Source: a virus. Taken from it: 64,000 nucleotides of DNA. This document shows, in pieces, positions 16,875 to 27,541 of this stretch. The stretch lies in the IMG/VR virus record IMGVR_UViG_3300046683_000929, positions 34,181 through 98,180 of that record; one strand, written 5' to 3'. Numbering within the stretch: position 1 is the first letter of the stretch; every line of letters starts with the position of its first letter. Below the pieces are notes generated by a model. That model was given only the letters and a program-made list of their open reading frames with translations. It was not told the origin of the DNA and made no database searches. Made by a program: the position numbers and the translations under genes.

Positions 16875-19800
16875 TTATTTCGCCTTTTCAAACCCAATAA
16901 ATTGCATAAATATTGCATCCACCTCATTGTACTCGTTCATTCGCTCTAAGTCACGGACAAACCTTACGATACAATATTCGCCTGAGATCTTAGCGCCACC
17001 ATCTAAAAGCATTGATACCACTGGATGAAGAGTATCCGGGTAAGAAGACATATCCCGCAGCACCGATGCGTACCAGGAATTATTTTTCCGCCGCCAGTGC
17101 GACGCCGGTATATAGCTGAACATGCGTGGGCGATTTGTCCTTATCCTATCCACAAAATATTTCAGGTCTGGACTTTGAACAATCAATGATTGATATGTTT
17201 TATCCTTATCTCCTGACGTAAATGGAATCTCAATAACCTGCGAATCCGAAACACCGTAGAATTGATTGAATGTATCAACATCTATGGAATTATGGAAGTA
17301 GGGGATGCCTGCCACAAAACTAATTAGCTCGTTTCCAGTAAATGATTTACGGAGCGTTCCATAAAATTCAGGGACAAATGTTTGGAATTGTGTCCACCGT
17401 TTCTGATCGAGACTAAAGGTAAATGTTTCCGGGGCCGTATAAAGCACGCCGCGCTCTGTATTGGCAAAGTATTGAGCGTCGCTTGTTAATTCATTGCGCG
17501 GCCTGAAAGACACATGTAGCTCCTTCATTTTATAATCAAAGGCCATTGACTTATCAAATAGATTACGTACGTACTTATCAGCAGCCAATAGCTGATTGTG
17601 CTGCCTTATCAAAGTAAATTTATTCGTAAAGTATGATTTGTTATCGATGTTTGAAATATCAACAGCATTCTTATAATCCATAGCCACAATGGCTTCGTTT
17701 TTTCCGTCGATCCAGAATACTACGCCATCCATGTCATTAATAACAACAGTGCCGGTGTCTTCAAGTGCACAACCGTACCGGTTATTTACTTTTTGAAATG
17801 GCTCCCCCAAAATCTGGTCTGGTGCTGGCACAATTAGTCCCTGATCAGAAACTTGTATTATATTTAAATCGTAATTGGCCATAAACCAATTATTCTCGCA
17901 AATAAATACAACCTGTTTATTCTGCGCATGAATAGCCACTATGCCGCCCATATCATGCACCTTATACTCTTTTCTGTTGGTTCCCCGAAATCTGCCCAGT
18001 CCATTTATCCTGCCTTCGTTTACAAACTCATCTGATTTTATAACATCGCCGGGGTACCATTTTTGAACTGCTTGGCTATCCTTTACGAGTTTCCTGCCAC
18101 AGCTGTCGCATCCCAAGCCAAAATAATCTGAAACAGATAAACTTGCAAAAGGATGTATAATGGCCTTTCCTGTACATTGCTTAATATGAAAGGCCCGGCT
18201 TTGATAATAGGTATCAAAAGTATCCAGGTTAAACACCTGAGCTGACAATCGATTATCTATGATCGGATAAGTTCCGATAATCTCACAATATCCATCAATC
18301 TGCGAAGTATCCTTTGGCGTTTGAATCTCGATCCAAAATCCGCAGCCGGCAAGTTCATTTGAATCGCTGCCATCTATGATATTATTTAAGGCAAGCAATC
18401 TTTTGTCAAATGGAATGATCAAAGTTTTACCATCGCCTGTATCTGTGGTTTTTGTAGTAGTGGTTGTAGTTGTGTTCGTCGCGGTATCTGTTTTTGCAAT
18501 AGATAAAGAACCCTCTGGAACGCTATCATTAAAGTTCGTGCCTAATACCAGGTAATCCATCAAGCCTCCGTTAGTCGGATCGAAAAGATTACCTTTGCCG
18601 TCATCATAAAACCTTACAATGTCCCCTTTCGAGAACTGATACGTAGCGGTAGTAGAAAAGTTATTGTTTGTGTTGAAATCCAACAAGGACTGAATGGTGA
18701 TACGGGCCCTTATTGCACCGGCACCAGTATTCGTAACTTCCCCATCCTTATCCAAAAACTCTATCTTATCACCTACCCACTGAATGTATTTTTGAAGCTT
18801 TTTATTTTTAGTTCTGAAAAAAGTAATGTATCTAGATGCATCATCGAAGACGATATCATTAAGCAATTCAACCTGCAGTCCAGGCAGCGTTATGCTTTTC
18901 TTTTCCATAAACGTAGGCACGTCTACCGAATTAAATTCCTGTATAAAGGTTGCCCGCCCAGCCAAATCAAAGACTGCACAGCCCACGCCATAACTCCCTC
19001 CATCCTTTAATGAATTTGAGGCGTCAACTACGGTTTTCATATTAACATTAAACTCAACGGGATATATTCTTGGCAAACATTTTACACACGGAGCCAATAA
19101 CATATCGTAATTAAATATGGTGCCGCAGCTTTCATTGTCTGGAATAATAAAGCAGCCATTACTGTTACCTGAATTAATATAAATCCTATCTTTTCTATCA
19201 CCCAGAGATCCCTCATGTACTATTAATTCATATGAACCATCGGTAGAAGAATAGGTTGTCGCACCACGCGTACTTGTAACCCCTACGCCAGAATAACCCA
19301 GTCCGGAAATTTGATTAATAATTTTACCCCTTATTTTAACTCGGTTACATTCCCCAAAGCCTCCCAGATTATCAAATAAGGACACATTGTACCTTGCATA
19401 GATAGTTACGTTTTTTCTGTTTATATGCGTTTCAGCTATTTTAGCGAAGGCGTTGCAATTTGCTATTCCGCTAAATATTACTTCCCCATTCATTGCGTGA
19501 CGTGCACCCATGTAAAGAAAATAAAAACCATTATGATCGGTTGTGAAACCATATCTTAAATATTGTGGCTGTCCATCATATCCATTCGGCTTTGAAATAT
19601 AGCCCAAGTTCTCAATAGGTACTGAGTTACCTTCCTTTTCGTAGACATAGCCATCAATAAACCGAATGTCCTTTCTTACTATTATTCCTTTTCCAAAAAG
19701 TCGTTGTGGAGCATATATGTAGAAATAGTTTTTATCTGGCGTAGTTAAGGAATCCCAATCCGAATTGCAAACATTGATTTCCATCTCCTTATCGACAGTG

Positions 19801-21590
19801 TCCAGCCTGCGATTTATCCTTCCTATTTCATTAGGATCGGTACCAGTTAAATCAACTCCTGAAACTCCATTTATTTTTACTTTACTCACAAGGCCCATCA
19901 CCCACGTGGATGTTTTCTCATATTCTGATTTATAATTGGCTTTGTGGCTGCATATTCTTGCTATGTATTTACCGGCCGGCACTATGAATTCAAATTTATG
20001 TAATACATAACCCAGTACACTTGCCGCATTTTTTATCAATGCTACTTGATCCCCTTTTTTTGCATCAACAACATCAATATTTAACAACGACCCATCGGAA
20101 TTCATAATGCATTGAGTGCTTACCGCTGTATATGGCGTACCTGCTAAATATGCTTGAAAGCCAGTATTTCCATCTATGAAATTTGCATTAAAAAAATCAG
20201 CATCTGGATGACTCAGCGTAATGTCCTGTGGTATATTTGATCCATTTGGAAAAGAATATAATACACCGCCAAATCGCACCTGGTCTTCCCCGTCTTTCCA
20301 GTTAAATTGGTTATAACTACCATCCATTGCTACATAGGCATAAATAGTTATCTTCCTGGTTTTAACAAGCGTATCCACCGATGCATCTACGACGGAAGCT
20401 TTAAATTTTGATATGTCCAGCTTCGGAAGGTTATTGTAATTATAAAGATTATCTCCAAGTATTATCGAATCGCCGGCGGCGCTCATTCCGATAGATATCA
20501 ATGGTAAATCACTCTGAAAGGAATTAAAATCATCCTGGTCCACAATATCCAGCTGCCTATCGCCACATATTTGATAAGATATGGTATTATCTACTTCATT
20601 GTATGAGTAATCGGCCCATTGGTCTTCCCTCAGCCAATAGGAATTATTTGTTGGGCCAGTGCCAAAGCGCTCAATAATATCATAAAGATACCAGTCTGCA
20701 CCACAGGGTTTCAGGAAAACCTTTATCCTTTCAACCAGCGCAGATCCAGCATTAAACTTTGCAGTATAACACCGTGGTTGGTTTGTGTTATTTGGATCGC
20801 AAACGTTTTGTTTTAACGCTATGGGGCTGCTATAGGGACTCGATGTGGTTGGTCGCCCATCAGTTAAAACATACTGGTAAGCCACCTGGATGCTTTTATC
20901 TATAAAATAGTTTGGCTTTCCAAAATCGGAAGGAACCGGCGGCACAGGGGATAGTTCCGGCGCGAACATCGGCGGACGAACGGCAAGTTGTAAAAGTTCT
21001 TCCCTGTCAAAATGTGGTGGGCGCAATTTCCAATATGGAAAGTCATCTGGATTGAATCCATTGCTTTTTACCGCAGCCTCCACATTAATAAATCCCTGCC
21101 ATTGATTTCCATCGGTATATATCAATGCTTTTTCATCAATTAACCTGGTATGGCTTGCATCCCTTTTATAGGTTACCCGGATAGATATTCTGTGAGCAGG
21201 TATTTTAAATGCAGGGTTATTGCTGAAATTCAATTTTGGATCAATGATAATAATGTCCGGCTTTAACGTTACCCCGTCGATACGATACCAGCCATGCATA
21301 TTATTTGAATTCCAGTTCGCAAAATAAATCTCATTGGTTTCTTCGCATTCATAAACCCCAATGGTCAAGTTATCTCCGGCAGGCAACGTAATTAAAGCGT
21401 ATTTCTTATTGGCCCGGTTTGGGGTGCCCTTGCCGAAATTACCTCCCTCAACCGGCGCACCCTCGGTTTTATTGGCATTGAACGTCGTCCTGTAATTTTT
21501 TAGATATAGCGCTTCATTTTCAGTTAGAAATTTTGCACTCCTATCCGTAACTACATATAGTGGTTTGTTCTTTGCTATTTGCTGGGCCAT
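16875..21590 (-). CDS. Tail muzzle/stabilization protein (P22 gp10-like, crAss-type)
   Basis: 1571 aa, beta-rich; follows ring-protein genes; C-terminal TFSLDQKRW...FVPEFYG...FNQFYGV pattern. Confidence 0.65.
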   Translation of the reverse strand: MAQQIAKNKPLYVVTDRSAKFLTENEALYLKNYRTTFNANKTEGAPVEGGNFGKGTPNRANKKYALITLPAGDNLTIGVYECEETNEIYFANWNSNNMHGWYRIDGVTLKPDIIIIDPKLNFSNNPAFKIPAHRISIRVTYKRDASHTRLIDEKALIYTDGNQWQGFINVEAAVKSNGFNPDDFPYWKLRPPHFDREELLQLAVRPPMFAPELSPVPPVPSDFGKPNYFIDKSIQVAYQYVLTDGRPTTSSPYSSPIALKQNVCDPNNTNQPRCYTAKFNAGSALVERIKVFLKPCGADWYLYDIIERFGTGPTNNSYWLREDQWADYSYNEVDNTISYQICGDRQLDIVDQDDFNSFQSDLPLISIGMSAAGDSIILGDNLYNYNNLPKLDISKFKASVVDASVDTLVKTRKITIYAYVAMDGSYNQFNWKDGEDQVRFGGVLYSFPNGSNIPQDITLSHPDADFFNANFIDGNTGFQAYLAGTPYTAVSTQCIMNSDGSLLNIDVVDAKKGDQVALIKNAASVLGYVLHKFEFIVPAGKYIARICSHKANYKSEYEKTSTWVMGLVSKVKINGVSGVDLTGTDPNEIGRINRRLDTVDKEMEINVCNSDWDSLTTPDKNYFYIYAPQRLFGKGIIVRKDIRFIDGYVYEKEGNSVPIENLGYISKPNGYDGQPQYLRYGFTTDHNGFYFLYMGARHAMNGEVIFSGIANCNAFAKIAETHINRKNVTIYARYNVSLFDNLGGFGECNRVKIRGKIINQISGLGYSGVGVTSTRGATTYSSTDGSYELIVHEGSLGDRKDRIYINSGNSNGCFIIPDNESCGTIFNYDMLLAPCVKCLPRIYPVEFNVNMKTVVDASNSLKDGGSYGVGCAVFDLAGRATFIQEFNSVDVPTFMEKKSITLPGLQVELLNDIVFDDASRYITFFRTKNKKLQKYIQWVGDKIEFLDKDGEVTNTGAGAIRARITIQSLLDFNTNNNFSTTATYQFSKGDIVRFYDDGKGNLFDPTNGGLMDYLVLGTNFNDSVPEGSLSIAKTDTATNTTTTTTTKTTDTGDGKTLIIPFDKRLLALNNIIDGSDSNELAGCGFWIEIQTPKDTSQIDGYCEIIGTYPIIDNRLSAQVFNLDTFDTYYQSRAFHIKQCTGKAIIHPFASLSVSDYFGLGCDSCGRKLVKDSQAVQKWYPGDVIKSDEFVNEGRINGLGRFRGTNRKEYKVHDMGGIVAIHAQNKQVVFICENNWFMANYDLNIIQVSDQGLIVPAPDQILGEPFQKVNNRYGCALEDTGTVVINDMDGVVFWIDGKNEAIVAMDYKNAVDISNIDNKSYFTNKFTLIRQHNQLLAADKYVRNLFDKSMAFDYKMKELHVSFRPRNELTSDAQYFANTERGVLYTAPETFTFSLDQKRWTQFQTFVPEFYGTLRKSFTGNELISFVAGIPYFHNSIDVDTFNQFYGVSDSQVIEIPFTSGDKDKTYQSLIVQSPDLKYFVDRIRTNRPRMFSYIPASHWRRKNNSWYASVLRDMSSYPDTLHPVVSMLLDGGAKISGEYCIVRFVRDLERMNEYNEVDAIFMQFIGFEKAK

Positions 21591-22660
21591 TATTGGTAGC
21601 TTTTATTGAAGTGGTCTCTGTTGTGGTCAAAGTAAATGCTCTGGGTAGAATTACGGGCAAAATAATACTCGTAAAATTCATTCAGCATGCATGCAGACAT
21701 CTTGTCGCGAAGGGCCCGGATAGCGTCGGTATATCTTTTCTTCCACTTGTTAATATTTCCCTGGGTCTCCTTTTTATCATAATCAGCAACCTCGAACTTA
21801 ATACCGGCCATGAGCGCCTTTTTAGCCATTCTTGGAACCAGAATATCCTTGGTTTTTTCAAATGCGTAATAACGAAGCAAAACCTTGTCAAAAGGGAAAT
21901 TAGACGGAAATATTATCCGCCTTCCATCGTTTGAAATATTATAAGTTTGGGACCGGGGATAGTATCGTGGCGACGGGCAACCCCATTCACATACCATGTC
22001 AATTTCCGGATGAAGCACCATGTTACTTGCATGCTTATCCCATAATGAGCGATTGTGCGGATTGTCTTTGACACAGCCGCACTCTTTTATATCCAGCCTA
22101 CATAATAAAGTTTCAGTGGTTTCTAAAACAGTTGAAGTATGTACCCTGTCTGTATATACCGCAGTTGGCTCATTAACCTGGACAAAAACAGAACCATCCT
22201 TTGCTATGCGCTTCCGAATGGTTTTTGTAAAGTATTGACGGGAGTCGTCCGGCATGATAGCCTCGACCTGCTCTTCGATCCCCTCATACTGGCGCTGATA
22301 GTTACACAATGCATCGGTGCACTCGCATTCACAATCCTTGTCCAGCCCCTGGTCAACAATGTCGTCGTTGATTTCTGAATTGAACACCAACGGCTCAATT
22401 CTGCCATCGCGATTAATTACAGATATGGTGGAAAATTTGTAATAATTATCGGGCAATACTATTCCATTTAAACGCCGGTCTAAAGTAAATAAGACGCGCT
22501 TCGTTTGTTTAATAGCCGAAAGGTTAAGTTCTGAAAAAACCTCTTTCGCCACTTCAAGATAGCGCCAGCGATAATTGCCAGTGACATCGCCTTCCCGGCT
22601 TAATATCGACTGCACAACCTCGTCAATGGTTTGAAATTGCCCGCTGTTAAAATCTTCCAT
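21590..22660 (-). CDS. Tail ring/tubular protein (P22 gp4-like)
   Basis: TIDEVVQS N-terminus, LPDNYYK motif, YNI...RIIF...VLLRYY C-terminus; position before muzzle. Confidence 0.6.
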   Translation of the reverse strand: MEDFNSGQFQTIDEVVQSILSREGDVTGNYRWRYLEVAKEVFSELNLSAIKQTKRVLFTLDRRLNGIVLPDNYYKFSTISVINRDGRIEPLVFNSEINDDIVDQGLDKDCECECTDALCNYQRQYEGIEEQVEAIMPDDSRQYFTKTIRKRIAKDGSVFVQVNEPTAVYTDRVHTSTVLETTETLLCRLDIKECGCVKDNPHNRSLWDKHASNMVLHPEIDMVCEWGCPSPRYYPRSQTYNISNDGRRIIFPSNFPFDKVLLRYYAFEKTKDILVPRMAKKALMAGIKFEVADYDKKETQGNINKWKKRYTDAIRALRDKMSACMLNEFYEYYFARNSTQSIYFDHNRDHFNKSYQ

Positions 22661-22668
22661 TTGAATTG

Positions 22669-22881
22669 TTATTGCGCGGGAGCACCCTGCGCTCCTGCAG
22701 ATATTGCTTCAGCAAGAAGCTTCATTACAGACTGGCAGTCCCCAGCCTGTATAAACTGTGCTATCTGTGCAACAGCTTGTCCCGGAATCATAAGGTCCTG
22801 CATAGCCCCCTGTGGGGCAGCTGCCTCGGCACCTGCTTCCGGATCGCCGCCATTGTATTCCCGTTGAATATTAACTGCCAT
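22669..22881 (-). CDS. Small hypothetical protein
   Basis: 70-aa A/Q/G-rich ORF fitting tightly between genes. Confidence 0.55.
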   Translation of the reverse strand: MAVNIQREYNGGDPEAGAEAAAPQGAMQDLMIPGQAVAQIAQFIQAGDCQSVMKLLAEAISAGAQGAPAQ

Positions 22882-22883
22882 TG

Positions 22884-23546
22884 TTATAGTGTTTGAGGTG
22901 AACTAATTTTTGAATTCATAGCCTGAACTACAGGGCTGCTATCGTCGCGCATGTCAACGGGCTTATCAATAACCCGCAGCACGACCAAAAGTACGTAATT
23001 AATAATCTCCCAAACGACATCTTCCGTGATATCTATATCGTCGTTGTCAAGAATGGCGACCATTTCCACCATTGAAACAGAATCATCTCCGAAAACCCTT
23101 ATTTGATCTGCATATGCTATATAAATCATAGCGCCAGTATCTTCCAGAAATTCGGTTGTGCAATATAGATGTTCAGAGCCCGCAGGCGCTTTTGTAAAAT
23201 TCCGATTGTAGTTTATTTTCCCTTCAGCATCAATAGCAGTCATTCGGAGTATGCCATCGCCATCTGGCATCCGCAGGATTTTATCGTTATCATAATCAAA
23301 CTCTACGGTTTTACGCCCCCTGGCATCTTTGATAACTTTATATTCTCCAGGCTTTGAATTGGCAGTCAAAAAATGATAGATACTTTCACTTCGCTGCTTT
23401 TCGTCAAAATAGAATTTACGCAGCACAGAGCCCTTGGCAGCTTTACACATCTGGAGGAAATCCCTACGGTCAAGCTTCTTGCTGGATCTTATAACACCAT
23501 TGTTATACAGCCCATTAAGAACATCTGCTACTACTATAATTTTCAT
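22884..23546 (-). CDS. Putative tail ring protein
   Basis: 220 aa in the neck/tail block; C-terminal PVDMRDD reminiscent of crAss ring proteins. Confidence 0.45.
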   Translation of the reverse strand: MKIIVVADVLNGLYNNGVIRSSKKLDRRDFLQMCKAAKGSVLRKFYFDEKQRSESIYHFLTANSKPGEYKVIKDARGRKTVEFDYDNDKILRMPDGDGILRMTAIDAEGKINYNRNFTKAPAGSEHLYCTTEFLEDTGAMIYIAYADQIRVFGDDSVSMVEMVAILDNDDIDITEDVVWEIINYVLLVVLRVIDKPVDMRDDSSPVVQAMNSKISSPQTL

Positions 23547-24172
23547 TTGCGGGGCTTATATAACAAGTAATTAAGGTACGATAAGCAAAACACATTTGCA
23601 ATCCAAATCGCCATTATTTTTATATTGATTATTAAAAGAAAATTAGAATCTATTCCAAAAATCAAAGTGGCTGGAATTAAAAACGTAAATATGCTCCAGA
23701 ACGAAGCCATGCAAACAACGCAGGTGATAATTGGCTTGCGCAGGTATTTTGAAAATTTATAAACAGTTTCGTAACGATAAAAACTAACCGTATTTGAATG
23801 CTGATCATATTCAGTTTCCGCATTTAGATAAGCTGTTGCCCAAAGCTTCAGCGCATCCACCAGGGCAAACTCTTCATGGAAAACAAATGTATAGGCTCCC
23901 AGCGCATCGTTTTTAATTATAACTCCTTTTTTATAATACGTCGCCATCGGGTTATATTTCAATAGCTGTTCCCCAGTAAAGTAAATTTTTTCTGCCGTGT
24001 TCTGGTTTAAAAATTTATACAGTGGATAAAGAATCATTTCACTATCCGCATGTTTTCCATCGGGCAGTATATCCGTTCTCCCATAGGCTGATATATAAAT
24101 CCCATTTATTAATAATGCCTGGGGGAATAGATAAACTAAAAATAAGAGAATTGCGATCAATAAATCTATCAT
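23543..24172 (-). CDS. Membrane protein with CxxC (DUF1360-like)
   Basis: About three hydrophobic helices; KPIITCVVCMASFW. Confidence 0.55.
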   Translation of the reverse strand: MIDLLIAILLFLVYLFPQALLINGIYISAYGRTDILPDGKHADSEMILYPLYKFLNQNTAEKIYFTGEQLLKYNPMATYYKKGVIIKNDALGAYTFVFHEEFALVDALKLWATAYLNAETEYDQHSNTVSFYRYETVYKFSKYLRKPIITCVVCMASFWSIFTFLIPATLIFGIDSNFLLIINIKIMAIWIANVFCLSYLNYLLYKPRK

Positions 24173-24720
24173 TTTAATGGCTGCTTTAAATACCCTTCAT
24201 TGCCCTGCTTTTTCAATTCATTGAGCTTTACCCGAAGCATGTCTGAATCATTTTCGCCAAACAAAGGAACTTCTCCTGCCCCTACAAGATTCCTTTTTAG
24301 AATATCATTTATAGCCGGATCGTCTTTTGCCATTAATAACTCCATGTCTCCAGCATCTATTTTACCAGAAGGATACGTTCTGTAATATGGATGCGTGTTT
24401 TGGTCTGGCACTTTCTTTGCCCAACCACCATACCAATCAGCATAGGAATCAAAACTCATCCATGCCATTCCTGATTTGTTGGCTTTATCCATGTCTGCCT
24501 TTGTTATTTTTACGCCATGCTTCCCGATTACGACATTAGGGTCATCTGTTTTTTTATAATTAGGCGAAGTGGATGGAGCACCTGGCTCGGTTATAGGCCT
24601 TTTTAGTAGCGCTTTTTCATAATATTCCTTTGTAAGCATAACTAAAATTTTAGAATAATCCTTCTTTTTTGAGAACGGCCATAGCATTACCAAGCTCACC
24701 ATCACGAACATACATCGCAT
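24169..24720 (-). CDS. Hypothetical protein (start probably internal, MLWPFSKKK)
   Basis: ORF track; overlaps upstream gene end. Confidence 0.5.
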   Translation of the reverse strand: MRCMFVMVSLVMLWPFSKKKDYSKILVMLTKEYYEKALLKRPITEPGAPSTSPNYKKTDDPNVVIGKHGVKITKADMDKANKSGMAWMSFDSYADWYGGWAKKVPDQNTHPYYRTYPSGKIDAGDMELLMAKDDPAINDILKRNLVGAGEVPLFGENDSDMLRVKLNELKKQGNEGYLKQPLK

Positions 24721-25408
24721 ATAAAGTATTCATTGCTTTAAATAGCAAATCATCTGCATTAGTTCGCCATTCCGTTTCTACCGCACCTGGCATAGCTGGA
24801 TCATAGTAATAACTATCATCTGTATTTACCCCATAGCCATATCTGTATATTTTAGGCTGGCGGATGTAATGTAATTCAATGAATGGTATATCATAGGGGC
24901 ATACCTTAATGAAATCTGATTCAAAGATACACCCGATAGGAAATTCAAATGTTGGCGTTTTATAGGAGTGGTTGGTTATGTCGCTATACTCATCTTCCTC
25001 AACCATATCAACATCCCAGGATATTGCCTTACTTTTTTCCTGGGCATCCATTAACTGTTCTTTTGTAGGTGCTTTGTCCGGATCAAGCCCATCAATGACC
25101 ATGCATTCCTTGAAGTCTTTTTTTACAAAAATACTAGCCCCAGCATAATGACGATAATCATCCGGCAATTCTGCCTTTCCAAACTTGACCGGCAAAAGAA
25201 CTTGTTTTAAATACGGGCGAAGCAGATCCTTAATATATTGATTCTCTCCGAACACCTTTACTCCCTCAGTCAAGATAAACGAAGTCACAGCATTATAATG
25301 CGTATCAAACACGTTTGGCGGATAATACTGATTTTGCTCGGCATTAGCCTGGGCCAAAACCTGCCTTAACGTTCTGTCAAGTGTTTGATCGTTGGTTTTT
25401 GCTGCCAT
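24650..25408 (-). CDS. Putative head-tail ring/connector protein
   Basis: AELPDDYRHY and LHYIRQPK motifs typical of podovirus ring proteins. Confidence 0.55.
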   Translation of the reverse strand: MAAKTNDQTLDRTLRQVLAQANAEQNQYYPPNVFDTHYNAVTSFILTEGVKVFGENQYIKDLLRPYLKQVLLPVKFGKAELPDDYRHYAGASIFVKKDFKECMVIDGLDPDKAPTKEQLMDAQEKSKAISWDVDMVEEDEYSDITNHSYKTPTFEFPIGCIFESDFIKVCPYDIPFIELHYIRQPKIYRYGYGVNTDDSYYYDPAMPGAVETEWRTNADDLLFKAMNTLYAMYVRDGELGNAMAVLKKEGLF

Positions 25409-25409
25409 A

Positions 25410-26249
25410 TTAACTATCTATCTCTATGCTTATCAAATCCGGAGAATTAATTGGGCCAGTATTGGTAAGCGTATATGTCCCAGCTGCTGTTATAGTAACC
25501 TGGCTAATAATAGTTACCCCGTTTTTAACGAGTCTCAAATATATAGGATATGCAGGAACGGTACCCGTCAAGGTAGCGCTTATGGTGCCTGAGCTTAACG
25601 ATGCTGTATAATCGCTTTGAGTGCCAGCAATGGTCGCATTGTTAAATGAAGCTGGAATACCAGAGGCCGTTCCATTTCTTACATCGGTAAACACCATACC
25701 AAAAGAGGCATTCACACTGATATTGTTAGGCGTCGGACTTGGATTGTTTACCGTTACGGGCGATGTATATGCGCTGGCATATACTGGAGTAGTTGAGCTA
25801 TCGCATATTCCGCTTCCTGTAACCAGGTAATCTCCATATAATCCTGCAATCAATGGAATACTGAATGTCCCTGTTTGCGTACCAAAATCATGGAAGTATA
25901 GTGAATTGCCGCCATTGGGATCCTGGACATTAACATGGATCTTAGTTTGAGCTCCAGCCAAGGTAGCAGTAACAGATATATTGCTTCCGGATTTGATTGC
26001 CGTAAAACTAACGGGGGCAGTACAGCCTATCGTTTGGCCAGCAACCCATGGAGAAAAGGCACCATTGCTGCATAGGCTCCGGACTCCAACTTCATATTGC
26101 GCAGATGGAAGGCCATTGATATCAAATGGCAATTGGTCTGGCGTTTTTGTTAGTACAGTAAACGAAGCGCCAGAGCCCAATACGCGATACCTGATATGAA
26201 CCGAAACTGCGCCATCTACATCATTGGCCGCTATTGTAAGCTTTCCCAT
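25410..26249 (-). CDS. Fibronectin type III/Ig-like virion appendage protein
   Basis: HIRYRV...INGLPSAQYEVGVRSLC...SPW FN3 pattern; S/T/G-rich. Confidence 0.6.
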   Translation of the reverse strand: MGKLTIAANDVDGAVSVHIRYRVLGSGASFTVLTKTPDQLPFDINGLPSAQYEVGVRSLCSNGAFSPWVAGQTIGCTAPVSFTAIKSGSNISVTATLAGAQTKIHVNVQDPNGGNSLYFHDFGTQTGTFSIPLIAGLYGDYLVTGSGICDSSTTPVYASAYTSPVTVNNPSPTPNNISVNASFGMVFTDVRNGTASGIPASFNNATIAGTQSDYTASLSSGTISATLTGTVPAYPIYLRLVKNGVTIISQVTITAAGTYTLTNTGPINSPDLISIEIDS

Positions 26250-26261
26250 TTTAAATCAAAC

Positions 26262-26495
26262 TTAATGTGAAATTGTTTGCTGAGCTACAGCATCCTGGCA
26301 ATCGTTGCTAAAATATTTTACTATATAATCCGGCACATCCGGCACTCCGGTTATTGTTCCGGAAACAGTAGACCCAAACGGGCCGGTAAATGTTGTTTGC
26401 CCAATCGGCGTATTAGGAAATAAAGCATCATAGGCAACTGCCACATAATTGCCGGAATATCCTACTGCCGGTTGAAAGCTAATATTTAATGTCAT
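26262..26495 (-). CDS. Small Ig-like structural protein
   Basis: 77 aa, beta-rich, in appendage cluster. Confidence 0.45.
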   Translation of the reverse strand: MTLNISFQPAVGYSGNYVAVAYDALFPNTPIGQTTFTGPFGSTVSGTITGVPDVPDYIVKYFSNDCQDAVAQQTISH

Positions 26496-26533
26496 AATAA
26501 TTTACGTTAAAAATAAACATTTACTATCATATC

Positions 26534-27541
26534 TTAAAATGTCGTTTTGGTTAGCGTATTTGTCGAAACAACATAGTCAAGCTGTAGAACAGGTGAGCCT
26601 ATACCAATTCCTACTGTGCCATTCGCACCCGCAGTTACGTTAGTAGAATAGCTGGTTACACCCGGTGAAGACACAGCCGAAACGCCAGGTATCATCAACC
26701 CGCCGCCATAATCTCCCATTACCAAGTGACCCTGTGTAACATCTCTCAATGCATAGGATCCACTTACAGCCTTAATAGAGTCACTTCTTCCCCTTACGAT
26801 AAATGTAAAATGATCAATTGCGGGATATTGCGTAATAAAATACGCCATATTTACCCCAAATCTTCTTGTCGGAGGGCCGGATAGTTTATCAGAAGACAAC
26901 AGATAACAGTTCGCCGGATCACGTCCATCGTCTGGAAACCGAAGAGGTCCACCATTTGCGGTAGAAGATACTATATTACCTGTTTCGGCTACACCTATAG
27001 TATCACAATAAAGACAAAGATCCGCATATACATCAACCAGGTAATCGATTAGAAGTGTAGAAATTAAAGTATCATCAATACAGAAACCATGCGCATTGGC
27101 GTAATCCTGCCCATTTGCCGCTATATCAGCCAGGGCCTGATCGTTTGCATTTGCCAAACTTATTAGGCTACTATAGGTACTGGCAGGCACTACATAATCT
27201 ACTGCAGTTCCAGATTGCGGGGAAACACAATCATTTCTTGTAAAAACCTCGTGCTGTCTGTCATTATAATATACAGTAGGGGATGGCGTTGTATAATCGT
27301 GCGTTATGCTTGTGTTAGAACATGCTGCACTTACCCATACTGTATATTGGGTCCCAATCGCCAGCCCTGATATAACAACTGCAGGTACAAAATTACCGCT
27401 TGGAGACACCTGAAAATCGCCAACGTTTGTGTAGCTTCCGGCAATATCCGAATCAGATGTCACCCTGTACTTCACATTGACAAAAATATTTTGAACAACA
27501 GGATTGCCGAGAGTGACCGATGTTAAGGTTATTGCTGCCAT
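26534..27541 (-). CDS. Virion appendage protein with FN3 and DUF5977-like domains
   Basis: ISGLAIGTQYTVWV (FN3); YYNDRQHEVFTRNDC...ANANDQALADIAANGQDYANAHGFC (DUF5977-like). Confidence 0.6.
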   Translation of the reverse strand: MAAITLTSVTLGNPVVQNIFVNVKYRVTSDSDIAGSYTNVGDFQVSPSGNFVPAVVISGLAIGTQYTVWVSAACSNTSITHDYTTPSPTVYYNDRQHEVFTRNDCVSPQSGTAVDYVVPASTYSSLISLANANDQALADIAANGQDYANAHGFCIDDTLISTLLIDYLVDVYADLCLYCDTIGVAETGNIVSSTANGGPLRFPDDGRDPANCYLLSSDKLSGPPTRRFGVNMAYFITQYPAIDHFTFIVRGRSDSIKAVSGSYALRDVTQGHLVMGDYGGGLMIPGVSAVSSPGVTSYSTNVTAGANGTVGIGIGSPVLQLDYVVSTNTLTKTTF